A stretch of 64,000 nucleotides of DNA from Phoronis australis (taxonomy: Eukaryota > Animalia > Phoronida), in assembly GCA_002633005.1 (NCBI GenBank), contig NMRA01000036.1, forward strand, positions 788,440 to 852,439, in the 5' to 3' direction. The notes beneath the pieces are model-generated. The model worked only from the letters and a program-made list of their open reading frames with translations. It made no database searches and had not been told where the DNA came from. The position numbers and the translations under genes are program-made. This document shows positions 1 to 13,398 of this stretch, piece after piece (positions within the stretch are counted from its first letter, which is position 1; the number at the start of each line of letters is the position of its first letter).

Positions 1-2781
1 CACACACAAGAGATGATGATTATTTCAAACATTCCAAGTAAACAGGGCAATGCTAGTCAACTTAAGGGTGCAAATCTAGTCATTAGTGCTCTCCTCAATA
101 GGATCACGGATGCCACTTTTCATCACGACTCTTCACGCACTCTGGAGGACAGGGACGCAAGCTTACACGAAACAACAAACAGGCTACTAGGGGGGGCTGT
201 TCCAGTAAAATCCGTGTGGGAGGGGGGGACGGCAGTAGAAATAAAAATTCATGGGTGGTGGTTTTCAGAAAAAAATTCAAATTATGGGTGGTTGTTCCTG
301 TGAGAAGTGATGCATTAAAAATGGGTGGTATTTTTTGACCTGTTAATGTTGACAGGTTGGTAACTTCGGCCCTCAAAACTCTAAAAAAAATGCAATTGGC
401 AAATATCCTAATTTATCCCAATACAAAAAAGCCCATATTGCCAGTGAACAGAGTGCAATATGTTCACTAAGCCATTAATCAAGTCATGGGCAACTTGATC
501 TGAGTCAACTGTTTGTCTGCAGTCTTATTGAATTGAAGTTATGCAACACTAAACTGGTGTTAACACATATAAGAAAATTGATGATTTTTAAATAAAAAGT
601 ATGAGGAGTAAGATAAACAAGTTCCAATATTCACTTGACATAGAAGTATAAAAGAGTTCGTGGAGACAGTTTGAGATTCATAGATCCTTATAATTGAAAG
701 AATGTTCATTGAAATTATAGACACATGGTAAACAGAGACACCTGGTGGCTGCCAAAAGTATTGNAGCACAGATCTGATCAATACCGTCCGAGACGGGACC
801 TGTGCTGAAGTCTACATGATAGTAACTTGCCAAATTTCATGAACACCAGTCAAGGAAGTGACAGATACCAATTAAGTACCTCAAGTATGTCTATTTATCA
901 ATTGCAAATGGCTGGTAAGCCACAAAAACACATGTCAGATGTTCAAATCGCTCACGTGACTTCGTTTTGTTTCAAAAAACATAACCAGAAAGAGAAATAA
1001 TTCACATCAATAACCCACATCTACTAAGTAAAGAAAAAATCAATTAACTGGCTGCACATTTTGTCTTAGCGAGTCATCACCGCAAAATCAGTACTTGCGT
1101 TTTCAAAACACCAACACTCACATGTGACGTTCTGTGTTCTCACACAGCAAGCACAAACAGATCGCCAAATTCTTCAGCCATCAAATCATTTTTTTCAAAG
1201 TATATTTCTAAAATGTCGTAGTTTTGGACTGGTGTATAACATACCATCAGTGATATTTACATAGAAACAACGCTGGATTATTTGATTTTTCAATGAGAGA
1301 CTTCATACTTTAATATAACATACGCCCTGAATGCGCCGCTGAGAATACGGCAAGTTAACGTTACTCGAAAATCAAAATGGTGTCATCACTACTGGAATTG
1401 TCAGATGACAATGATAATTTCTACTCCTGCGCTGCCGTTTTTGTTGAAATAGGGAGTGTGATTCTTAAACACGTTAGTATACTCTAAAAAGAGGTTATCA
1501 GATCATTTGTTAATGAAAATCACAATACTTGAACATGAAGTTGGCAAACAAGTCGAACTGGTGTCGATACACACAGAAATGATCATGTTTAAAACGGAAA
1601 TCTATTTCTATGTCGAAACAGAAGCAGTAGTCAAGTTCAGAAGACTTTCATCAAGATTAAATTAAAAAATTGGCTGTATCAACACAAAGACAAAGACAAA
1701 AAAACCACTGCCACTACACGACTCTGCAGTAGTTGGATTTGATCAAAAATCCACATGGGTTGTACTATTCTAAATGAAACATAAACATTTCATTAAGATC
1801 CAAAGGCAAAAAAGCAAAATTGCCACTAGAGGGCGCCACAGAATTCACACCTGTACGAAGATCAGTCAGCCATGAACTTCCCACATTTACATAGTGATCT
1901 TTTGAGGGATTTGGCCAATAGAGGCCAGTGCCAAAAACTAAAAAATGATACAAGTGGCCACTAGGTGGGGTACAAAAAGTCAAATCTGGCCTACAATGGG
2001 AAGCTGTTACTGTCAAATTCAAGAACATCTGTTAGGAACATTGAAGACACAGAGGTAAACATAAAAATATAATTGCCACTAGGGGGGCCAACAGCGTTCA
2101 CATACACTCAAAAGTCGTCACCTGCTGTCACGTTCACAGAGCTATACGGACAAATTTCGCTAAGATCCTGAAGGGGTTTAGGAAAAACAGCTGCAGACCC
2201 AGAAAAAAAAAACTGCCACTTGGTTACCTACAGTAGTCGAAACTGTACAAAAATAATTGACAGCCATACTATTCCCAGTAGTAACACGTATTCAATAGGG
2301 GTCCTTCAGAGTGGTTCGGCTGAGAAAAGTAGAAAATAATGAAAATGGCCACTATGTGACACACAATATGTATTGCCACTAGGGAACACAGGAGTCATCA
2401 GATCTGTTCGAGCCTTTTCTTCACCTGTTGTTTCCTTCATTGCAACATACTTGCCCACTTTAACAAGGCTTTAGGAAAAAAACAGCCACGGAATCAAAAC
2501 AACAGAACTGCCATTAGGCGACGCCACAGAAGTTCATCGCCGTCATTTTGAGGTCAGGGGTTGCAACCATCCGATAGGTCAGATCCTAAATACCGGCATC
2601 TGATGTCTGGGCGCCAAGAAGGGCTTCGACATTAGCTCATAAAGTTAGCTAATGTACTGCGTTTCAGCGAATCAGGAGACGGAAGTATCAGTGGTTCTGT
2701 AATAAGACCCCTTAATAACAACATTCAGCACATGAAATGAAAGTAAAAGCTCTAGGTTTAAGAGTGCAGTGCCCAACATAC

Positions 2782-2892
2782 CTTACCACCTGAAGCACAC
2801 AAAGAGCCGTCTGGTGAAACAGTGACACAGTTTAAGTAACCACTGTGTCCAATATGGTTAGTTTTCAGCTTACAGTTGGTCAAGTTCCATAC
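2782..2892 (-). CDS. RACK1: RACK1 coding exon 5 (remaining exons lie left of the window)
   Basis: [37 protein letters not shown]; TTTCAG acceptor, GTATGT donor; 111 nt. Confidence 0.95.
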
Positions 2893-4293
2893 CTGAAACA
2901 TATTCACACATAATAACCTTTACCCGATACAATTTTCTATCATTGATTGGTCCAAGGTTTTAACTTGAGGAGACTGTCATTTCAGTTTTCTCCCAAAAAC
3001 CTAATACCTAAATTTCATTGATCAAGACTACAAACTGAACAGATCATATTAACCTCTCTTAGCCATGAAGAACGGTATCAACCAAGGCATCCGAGTGTAG
3101 AACATTTACTTCTCTTACGCATGTGGGACAAGCAATTTATTTTGCCGCTAAGATCGCTAGTAGTGTCAGTCTACCCATGTAGTTTGCTAAAGCTGGGTTT
3201 GTTTGTACCTGGCTTCGCTTATATTACTGTTTCGTATGCATTGTTCTCCACCTCTTTTAACGCGTCCGCTGTGACCTGTTTGGAAGCACTTGCAACACAT
3301 TTAATGTGTTGCAACACATTTAATGTGTTGCTGTGACCTGTTTGGAAGCACTTGCAACACATTTAAACAGCCAGCAACCTCAGAACAAATAGCGACCAGT
3401 TTGAAAACGAGAGCAACACAAGAGCGCTGCCAAAAGGAACCACAGCAGTAATCGATTCCATCCACCTCCAGTCAAGTTAATAGGAATACAACTACAAAAT
3501 TTCAAAAACATTTACTACTGATCCAGAGAGTCGCCCGGGAAACCCATGACCTTTGAAATTGAAGTACACAGACCCCAAGTTCAAAGGATTTACTATAACC
3601 GTAAGGCTAGCTGCCGGCGGTAAAGTTAAATCGGCGCTCTCTCACAAAAACGTGTATTCGAGTACCTAAATACGCTTGAAATACGAGAAACCATACATTG
3701 AAAAAACTGTCACCAAAATTCTAGGAGCGACTTGTCACGAATGTCATGAAAGTCCTCCAAAAATGCAAATTCGATAACTCCCAAAAAAGTAAACACAACC
3801 ACATGGTAACCTGGAAAAGGTTTTCGGACCAGACACATGAAAAATAACTATATTTCAACCAAAAATTAGTCCTCAAAAGAGGATATTTGTTTTTGTAAAA
3901 ATTGCATGATTTTTGAAAGTCATAATTAAGTAGTTACACCTAGTTTTGACAACAGTCATAGACATAGCAATCTAACGGCACATGCAATCCAAGCAATAAA
4001 AATAAATGAGCAAGTCTGTACCATTGATCCCATCTTAGTTTACCGTGGTGTGTTCAGGATTTATTTTGCAGACGGAAAGACAATCAAGAGAATATGCAAA
4101 CTTTGAATAGGTGGAAGGAAATCACAACTTGTCAAACATAAAACATTACAAGGAGTCAGCAAATAACTATGGTTGAGCGGTAAGATTTGCACAAGGTTAG
4201 AATACTGCAAGGCACCTAGCCAAAGCAGTGTAAGCTATAGAAAATTTAGGCAATATTTACACGCATATATTTATTCCAAAGTGGGCTCGCTGC

Positions 4294-4365
4294 GTTCTCA
4301 TAATTGCAGGACATCTTATTTCACTAGACTCAATATCCCGAAGGTGCTTTTTTTAATCATAAAAC
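4294..4365 (-). ncRNA. SNORD96: SNORD96-like box C/D snoRNA in RACK1 intron 4 (5.8S rRNA 2'-O-methylation guide)
   Basis: C box ATGATTA (4360-4354), D' TTGA, D box ATGA (4301-4298) directly preceded by TGTCCTGCAATT, complementary to 5.8S AAUUGCAGGACA and matching the vertebrate SNORD96 guide; flanked by a ~14-bp stem GGGCTTGCTGTGTT/AACGCAGCGAGCCC (4283-4376); RACK1 is the known vertebrate host gene. Confidence 0.85.
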
Positions 4366-4416
4366 ACAGCAAGCCCAAGGTTGAAACACACCCAAGCTGA
4401 TTGTAATAAGACTTGC

Positions 4417-4512
4417 CTTGACAATTTTGTCCCAACCAGCAGACACAATGATGGGATTCTGGGTGTTAGGAGAGAACCTGACACAAGATACCCATTCACT
4501 GTGGTTGTCCTC
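4417..4512 (-). CDS. RACK1: RACK1 coding exon 4
   Basis: [32 protein letters not shown]; TTTTGCAG acceptor; non-canonical AAG|GCAAGT donor; 96 nt. Confidence 0.93.
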
Positions 4513-7271
4513 CTGCAAAAGAACACCAGCTTCATGAGAACAGACATTAAACCCATTATGAACCGTGTCCCCAAAGCAATACCAGAACAAACAATGGGGA
4601 CCCGTGCGGTATTCAATCCAACTCGTAACAATACATACTATCACTTGATTTCCGACACTGACCCATTCACTAAAAGTGTAAGGGGATTGCTCAGTATTTG
4701 CGAAGGAGTTATTGATTCCATCTATAACAATAATTGTCCTGTTAAGTAGCACAAGTTTCTGATAGATTACAAAGTGAAATGAAATGCAGAAAGGTAAGAG
4801 CAGTTTAGGAAGTCCTACTCAAAGATTTTAGTTACCTTCAAGGTGGTAATGAATATTGAATGGTTATTTGACATACAATTGACCTGTGTTGTCGCAAAGC
4901 ACGTTCAGTATTGATGTAATTACACTTCTTAAATAATAGTTGCTAGTGTTACGTATCAACACGTATATACATTGGCGGTCGCCCAGCTCAGTCAGACACA
5001 ACAACTAAGTTTCAAGCCCGGCGCCAAAATTTCACCAATTCTGTAATTATTTTATGAGTTCATTGATGAAGAGTCAGACTCAATTTTAAGTAAGCCTACA
5101 TACGTACCTAAAATGACAACAAAACCACTTCAATGTAGGTAACGTGTCAAAAAAGAACCCCCGTGACAGGTTTTTGCCATTCGACAAGACTTGGATAGGC
5201 CCACCTAGAACTTATTGGTTTGAGTTTCGAGTCATTTCCCAGGCTAAGTACCTTACTTAATAGTCAATGGGTTCACAGCAGGGTTATGTTAATTCGATCT
5301 GACGTTTTGTGAGGATTTTAGTACATGTTCGCTGGAAAGAGCAAAGTTTTATTATTATTCATTTTCGGTTAAAATCCTATAGCAGGAAAGTGAAATATTT
5401 GATTGATAGCGTTAGCGACTCCCATTTTATGTTAGGGTCCTTGTATGTACAGCAAGATTGGAGTTGTTTGATTATTATGTGCTGCTTGAATCCACTCTTT
5501 GGAGGAGTATTATTTGTCAACATTAACCACACATCTTTATTGATTTCATTAGAATCCTGTAGCGGGAAATGAAGTTTTTCCTTGAAAGAGTGATTGTCTC
5601 TTGACTGGGATCGCAACGGCAAACTATGATTGAAGACAAATGCAGAATATTTGTATTTCGTTTCTACCATTTTTGAAGATGAATTATTTTACACTATTGG
5701 CAAGACCTGATTAGTAGGTCAAAGATTCAATGACCTTTGTTTGAATCTACAGCATGAAAAATTTTTGTTTTCAAAGAATGACTCCGCTCCCTGCATGCTT
5801 CTTGTGAACTTACTGTGAAGTTGTGTACTTTCCCGTTACAATTCCCCTTTTCTGTAAGTCTACTGGAAACTATATTGTTTTAAAAGTACGACTGTCGATC
5901 AAGGTGCATATTTTGATTCAAGGTCCAACTCCACCTGTTCATTATGTTGGGCGTTAATAAGATTGTAATTATCCAAAAAATCTGAAAACGGAGAGATAGC
6001 GTCACCTCATTAAAAGATGCTTGTATGCCAAATTTTATGAAAATAAGTTGAGGACTTTGAACATACAGGGGTAAATGTAAAAAAAAATTAAATTGGCACT
6101 AGTTGGCACACCAGTCGTCAGATCTGTCCGAAAGTAGTCGTCGTCCGTTGTCAACATCATATAAATACACTTAATTAATTTCGTAAAGATCCTTCGAACG
6201 GTTTAGGAGATACAGCCATAGGCGAAAAAAAAAACTGCCACTAAGAGGTGCCACACTAGTCAAAATCATTGAAAAATCATCGTCAGCCGTCCACTTCATA
6301 GTAAGAACATACATGCCAATTTTCACAATCATCCTTTGAGTGGTTTGGACACAAAAAACAGACTTGAAAACAGTAAAAAATGGCCACTAGGTGGCGCAAA
6401 CTACGTTGAAGCCATCCGAAAACAGCAGGACAGCGTCATCTCACTAATAGGTGCCTATATATCAAATTTTACAAAAATCCGTTCCGGACTTTAGAAGACA
6501 CAGAGATAAACGTAAAAAACTAAAATTGCCACTAGGGGGCACATTGGTAGTCAGATTCGTCTGAAAGTTTGCTCATGCCATCCCATCCACGAAAGGAACA
6601 CATGTGCAAAATTTCATGAACATACGTCAAGGCGTTTTGGAGATAGAGCAGCGGACGCCGGACGTATGGGGATGACGGCATAATGCGTCCAAATATAATA
6701 TGTGGGTTCATAAAAACGGTCAACATTTCTTAGTTATAAAATTGGGAGAGTGATGCAACTTCATTAGGTCGTTTCTTTAAGCAGCCAAACTGACAAAGTA
6801 GGTGTCAGTTGTATGGCAGTCAGGCTTTCTCACATTTTGATGTATATACATGTATAACATTCATGTTTGAGACAACTGCAAAAAGATTTGGAAAAGTGAA
6901 AGCACAGGCTTGCTTTCGCTCGTTTTTAAACCAAACTCTCTGTTTCATCACCAGCAGTGCTTTCACACACCTGAGTGCAACACGTGCTGGTATTTTCCAA
7001 AATGGGAATTTTTCAAGTGCTCTTAGTTTCAAAAAACATTCTCAAGGAAGGACAACCGAAACCCCAAATGAATGTAGACAACCACATCGCTGCCTGCTCA
7101 CGAAAATTGCTTTTATAATAGATAATTAGCGCATGCCCCCTGCACGCTTACACCCGCTTTTAAGTTTGAGAAGTGCAGATGCCTGCACTTCTAGATGACA
7201 CATCATGCATGCTTTTCATGCAGACAAGTACTTAATCTATTCTTAGCATTATTTAGTAGAACATTGTTTAC

Positions 7272-7419
7272 CGTGATGGTGTACTTGCAGACGCCCAAGG
7301 TGTTCCACAAACGAATAGACTTGTCTCGAGAACCGGAAACAATCTGTCTGTTGTCAGAAGAGAAGGCTACACTGAGCACATCTTTAGTGTGTCCCATGAA
7401 CCGACGGGTTGTCACTCCA
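7272..7419 (-). CDS. RACK1: RACK1 coding exon 3 (copy A; probably the other allele, uncollapsed)
   Basis: Same peptide as 8276-8423 with one synonymous difference (TTC/TTT); intact TACAG/GTAAAC sites; lies in duplicated block 7230-7896 vs 8234-8904 joined at a single N (8233). Confidence 0.8.
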
Positions 7420-7586
7420 CTGTAGCAAACAGTATCTCAGTTATAACACGCATACAAAAAACAAAGACTTCAGACATGTCTATGACAAAAAATGATAAGT
7501 GTAATTGTGCCTAATTCACAGTAATCATTTATAATTGAGTATTATGGAGAGTTACAATCAACAATATAATTAGATAAGTTAGTTTA

Positions 7587-8964
7587 CCGTATTCGCCCTA
7601 ATAAGCGCCCATGCCCCTATAAGCGCCCCCACGCATTTTCAGACTTTGCTAAAATAAGCACCCAGTCCATGAATGCCATGTACATGCGAGGCAGCGACGC
7701 ATCAGTTGGCGAGTTTTCGCACAGGGATTTTCTGAAAAATGCTCGTAATTTAACAACAAAGTTTGATAGCAATAAACTGCATTTTGTAGACACTCTGTTA
7801 TAGTTTACAGATGCATCACAGAGCTTAAATTTTATGAATTCTAGGTTACAATTTCACCAGTTTCGGAAAACGTGTTTCAACCACTTTTGGGCTATACAGG
7901 GCTTGGAATGACCAATGGCGAAAAGCGCGGAAATTTTTATGGCCCGAAACATGCGTGCAGCCAGCCTTGAAAAAGTCGGTGTGGACCTTTTGCCGACCAA
8001 AATCGAGGACTAAAAAAAAAAAACGGTACCACCTCCGGAAGCGTGCGTCTGCGTCTGTCTTAGATCGTCTGCCACTCCTACCCCCAAACATTTTTTGGCT
8101 ACAGAGTCCTAGTATTTGTCACCGCGGTTTACAGTCACACGAGCCGCCATGCCACCATTGAGGAAATCCACCATGCTATCCTAGATGCCCCGGCAATGTT
8201 GACAATTTACGTTCCTCCGAAACATAAAGAGCNACTTAATCTATTCTTAGCATTATTTAGTACAACATTGTTTACCGTGATGGTGTACTTGCAGACGCCC
8301 AAGGTGTTCCACAAACGAATAGACTTGTCTCGAGAACCGGAAACAATCTGTCTGTTGTCAGAAGAGAAGGCTACACTGAGCACATCTTTAGTGTGTCCCA
8401 TAAACCGACGGGTTGTCACTCCACTGCAGCAAACAGTGACTCAGTTATAACATGCATACAAAAAACAAAGACTTCAGACATAATGTCTATGACAAAAAAT
8501 GATAAGTGTAATTGTGCCTAATTCACAGTAATCATTTATAATTGAGTATTATGGAGAGTTACAATTAACAATATAATTAGATAAGTTAGTTTACCGTATT
8601 CGCCCTAATAAGCGCCCATGCCCCTATAAGCGCCCCCCACGCATTTTCAGACTTTGCTAAAATAAGCACCCAGTCCATGAATGCCATGTACATGCGAGGC
8701 AGCGACGCATCAGTCGGCGAGTTTTCGCTCAGGGATTTTCTGAAAAAGGCTCGTAATTTAACAACAAAGTTTGATAGCAATAAACCGCATTTTGTAGAAA
8801 CTCTGTTATAGTTTACAGATGCGTCACAGAGCGTAAATTTTATGATGTCTAGGTTACGATTTCACCAGTTTCGGAAAACGTGTTTCAACCACTCTTGGGC
8901 TATAAGCGCCCCCATTCCAGAAGCAAATTTTTCTAAGCGTACTGGCGCTTATTATTGCGAATAC
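7587..8964. mobile_element. Tc2/pogo-like MITE (two allelic copies, ~7587-7896 and ~8592-8964)
   Basis: Starts TACCGTATTCGCCCTAATAAGCGCCC; ends GGCGCTTATTATTGCGAATACCG (imperfect TIR). Confidence 0.55.
8276..8423 (-). CDS. RACK1: RACK1 coding exon 3 (copy B)
   Basis: [49 protein letters not shown]; TGCAG acceptor, GTAAAC donor; 148 nt. Confidence 0.92.
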
Positions 8965-9862
8965 CGTTTACTGCACATAAACAGCCTGACATGGCCATTA
9001 CCACTGTTGATTAACCCACTTTGTTAATCAACGTTTGTTGAATAATATTTTAGCAGGAACCCAAGGCTGGATTTCAACCGTTGCCTTAACAGCTGTGTTA
9101 TTCAGCAGCTGATACCATCTTACGTGAAAATTGAATACTTAAATGAGCAAAGTTTGGAATTTAGCACAACTTTGAAATAAGTTTGGATGTAATCATTGTC
9201 TCACTTTCATACTCACACTGGCGACTTGGAATTTTTCCAAGGTCGCCACGCACAATCTGAGGTCGAATTTGCGACCTGCAAGTCGCCAAATCGAGCGCAG
9301 TATCAAGAAACCAACCACAGAATAAGACAATAGAAATTAAGTTGGTGGCTAAAGCATGCTGTGAGCATGAGATCAAAACAGTGAAACGTCAAAATTACCA
9401 ATGAAAATCATGAATTTGGGAGAGTATTTATCTTTTTTCACAACTTGTGTTCATAAACACTAATTTCCACACGCTGTGGGGCAACTTGAGACTCGGTGCA
9501 TTCGTTCTCAACAGTCGTATGGTCGCAGGTGCACAACTTCCTCAGGATCAAAATTACATTTACTCTTCGTTTCCACATCTTTTCATGCTATATTCATCTC
9601 GTATTATTTAGTGAATGAACAGAGTGTGGGTAAATATGGAAGTGTTGTACGCCTGATGTAGATAAGTAGCAAACAAATTCGACATGGGACTGGGAGAACG
9701 TTTTTCTTCTCCTATAAACAGGCAAGATGTGGATGTTAAAGTTAATTAGCAATGGAGATAAAAGATTCATCCACATAATCAGGTATTCGATAACTTAAAG
9801 TTAAGGTACTTGAAGATGCACTAGCAGGACTCGTTTACAACCCATTAGTTCTCTGTCCTTAC

Positions 9863-10034
9863 GTAGTCAAATCCCAAAGTCGAAGAGTGCTATCCCATGA
9901 TCCAGAGAGAGCAAACTGGCCATCTGAAGACACAACAACGTCCGACACAAAGTGGTTGTGACCAGTAAGACATCTTGCAGGGTAGCCATAGGTCATGTCA
10001 TCTCGAGTCAGCTGCCAGCTGATCAGAGTCTTGT
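9863..10034 (-). CDS. RACK1: RACK1 coding exon 2
   Basis: [57 protein letters not shown]; TTTCAG acceptor, GTAAGG donor; 172 nt; phases fit neighbouring exons. Confidence 0.96.
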
Positions 10035-11067
10035 CTGAAAACAAAACTAGACTGCAACTGCCAATCTACATCAGGGATATACCTTGGCGATCATCCAGTC
10101 ATGCGAGCTGACTAAGTTTCGAGCCGGGCACCAAAATATGAACAGCTCTGTCACCCAGCTGGCGACTTAGCTTTATAAAGGACAACAATTACTCGTTTTC
10201 TCAACATCCACAAAATCATGTTGACATTTACATACTAAGTAACTCCATTGCATGATCAAGTATTTTCTTGGAAAACACGGGGATATACCTAGGCCTTAAA
10301 ACCCACTTGCCAGTTTGGGTGACTGAGCCTGAAAATCAAGTCGCCCAGCCCAAAGTTTAGTCACTCGTTTCGCATAGACTGGACGTCTCAAAGTCAAGAA
10401 TCACTAAAAAGACAGCAAAATTAACCATGTCCAGAAACATCGCCGAATTGGACATGACATACGTGATATTGTTCCATGATTAAAAACCAAAACATACGTG
10501 TTAACAGGTAAAGCACCCTTGGACCTGGAGGAACGAAATAAATTGATAAGCCAAACAGACCTGTGATCACTATCAATTACTCCACACATGGAGAACTAAG
10601 TAATAAACCAGTGATGTGTCATAAAACAACGAAGTTTCTACTAATTCTATAACAATCAATTTACCAAACTTTGTGATGGAAAATTGATTTTCATATGCAT
10701 TATGCCCGACAATATTGTTCCTCCGAAACATAAAGAGCAACTTCCACTTTAAGAGGTGAAAGCCGTCGGCAACGCCGCGGTAACAAAGACACTTGCCGCG
10801 GAAATTTTATATAAAATCAGATTTTTTTACGCAAAATATAATAAAATACGCGGACAGAACATTTGAAAAAAGCGGAAATGCACGTTTCCGCGGAAAATTC
10901 CAAGCCCTGATAGTACTACATTGCAGATTTGCATCAAGGCAACGTCTTGTGTTGCTGGGAATTCATTGATGTCAAAAGTTTCTTGGTAGGAATTTATTTT
11001 CTAAAAATGATACTAGCCCTAATATGGTGACATCAATGCATGAAACGATGATTTTTATTGACATTAG

Positions 11068-13398
11068 GGTAATTGTTTACAATATGACGACAATAAGTTG
11101 CACATATGATTTTGGTATCGTTAGATTCCTCAGGCTGTCACCTTTCCAAAAATATATGAAGTGATCCCCTACCGCGTTTCCTTCATATTTTATCGTCGAA
11201 TTTCAGTTAGCACTATTTCCCGGTGGACACCGCCATGTTAGTTCAACTCAAGATAACAGCGACACCTATTGTTATTGAATNGAATATGATCCCCAATAGT
11301 TGAAGAGGTTGGTTTAAATTTACGTTGTTTTATTAACATGTAATTTGCTTAAGTGCAGTTCAAATTTTTATCAATGTGAATGTGATTATTTGAGTTAAAG
11401 CCTAATTTCAACGGAACTTTGTTACTTTAGATGTAAAGGCTAACCAGATAGTCCTAGCAAAGCCTTAGTAAAATAAGAAAACGCAAGTTCAATCACGCAA
11501 GTGTAAGCCCGCCAAATGATAAGTGAAGCTGCCTTTTCGTGCCATGTTGCGCCACCGCGAGATCCCAGCACAAACAACGAAAGGTTGTATTGAATAGGGG
11601 TCTGAATAGAACACCATTGCGTGCTGGCGACATTCACAGCTGTTTGAATTAAAAGGCGATTCTCACGGTGACGTAGACAAAACCAAGCTAATACGACTAA
11701 CAGTTCGTTACAGTTGGCAATTTATGGCACTGATGGGGTCAGAGCGATGCTCTTAACATACTGTAAGAACCAAATTTACATGTGTTACCATTGAAGATAG
11801 GTTTTAAGTTTCCAAGTTTCATGCTGTATTGAAAGTTAACGCATACGTGATCTTGAGATTAAGCAGGATTCCAAATTCACTCACAACAGCGCCGTCTACC
11901 TGCTGGCTAGCTAGCCAGCTAGCTGTATGAAGACTATCATCCAAATACAGCTACGTACCACTGTGTGTTGAGCTCCGTTAGACTCCAAAATTTCACACTG
12001 CCCGGGTAGGTCTGCTCGTCACCTCGTCGTAAAACTTATTTCAACATGTAAAGCTAACGACTGGCAGGGGTGCATGCAAAATCTGGAAGTCAACCGAAAC
12101 TCACCTTGCCCGTTACAGCTGTTTAAAGTGAAAAACAATCTAATAAACATCATTTTCTTGCATAAAGTTCTCCGCCTTTTGCAACAAAGAAAAGTCGGTC
12201 CTGGTTTTGAAAACAGTACGCTCGCGTCACGTGGGCACTACATTTCCTAATTTTTTGTGACATCTCTTGGGAGATGATCACAGCTTTGCAGCCGCTAAGT
12301 TTGTCCTAAAATACGTTTTGCTGGTATTAAAAAAACAAAAACTTGTAACGAAATGAAACCAGTTCCAATAATTTGTTGTGACATGTACACAACTTCGTGG
12401 AAGAGAAGAACAGCTGATTGAAAAATTGGGGAAAAAGAAACTGGGCAATGGGGGATGCAAAATTTCATGGCGCTGAAAGACCAGGCATGCAAAAGATATC
12501 CCTCCCCAATTTTACCAGCAGAATAACAGTAGAACGCCATTTCTTTCATTACCGGAAAATGATTTAGTTTATTCAAGGAAGAGTGTAGTCTTAAATGACA
12601 CTCATTTGGTGTCATGGGTAATTGTTTACAATATGACGACAATAAGTTGCACATATGATTTTGGTATCGTTAGATTCCTCAGGCTGTCACCTTTCCAAAA
12701 ATATATGAAGTGATCCCCTACCGCGTTTCCTTCATATTTTATCGTCGAATTTCAGTTAGCACTATTTCCCGGTGGACACCGCCATGTTAGTTCAACTCAA
12801 GATAACAGCGACACCTATTGTTATTGAATGAAACAGCATCGATTCTGAATGGTGGTTGCCCGCGCGAGATTCCCGCTAAAGTTTTCCTGACATAATATGG
12901 TGCATGCACAAGTAGAAGCATTTTATCTTTTCCATTTTTTTAGGATTGTGACCATTCAGTGACCATTTTTCCATGAAATTGTCTGAAGTGATATTTTTTT
13001 CACAAATCTGGACCTCAAAAACAACTTCCGCTTTTTGGCAGATTCTTGGTAGCGGATGCGTATATCAGGGTCACCATAGGATCGAATTCGAACCCTTGGT
13101 TACGTAACTCGGGCAGTGGATTGACGGGTCTCGGTCAATTTGAACTTATGAAAGCGACGATCTGCAAGTCGGTAGATTAGTTCAGTTTTTGACCGCCAGG
13201 TGACTCCTTATCCATTCAAAATGGCGGTATTACTCCCGAGTACCAGGAAATAGTGCGAGCAGAAATTTCATGATAAAAAACTAAGGGAACAGGGTAGGAC
13301 AAATTTCTACGTATATTTGGAAAGATAACATTGCGAGGAATCGAACGATACCAAAATCATATGTCTAAGTCTTTGTCGTCATATTGTAAACAATTACC
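11068..13398. mobile_element. Merlin-like non-autonomous DNA transposon (continuous copy 12617-13398; left end repeated at 11068-11280)
   Basis: Long TIR GGTAATTGTTTACAATATGACGACAA / TTGTCGTCATATTGTAAACAATTACC; 8-bp TSD GACATTAG at 11060-11067 and 13399-13406; GGNRM terminus and 8-bp TSD fit Merlin. Confidence 0.7.

Noticed and set aside
3268-3366. Short local duplications (also AACCAATATGC repeats at ~25225-25335)
   Set aside because: Ordinary slippage duplications with no sign of function
7468-7530. C/D snoRNA candidate (ATGATTA...CTGA) upstream of RACK1 exon 3
   Set aside because: No terminal stem, and the would-be guide has an indel between the two allelic copies
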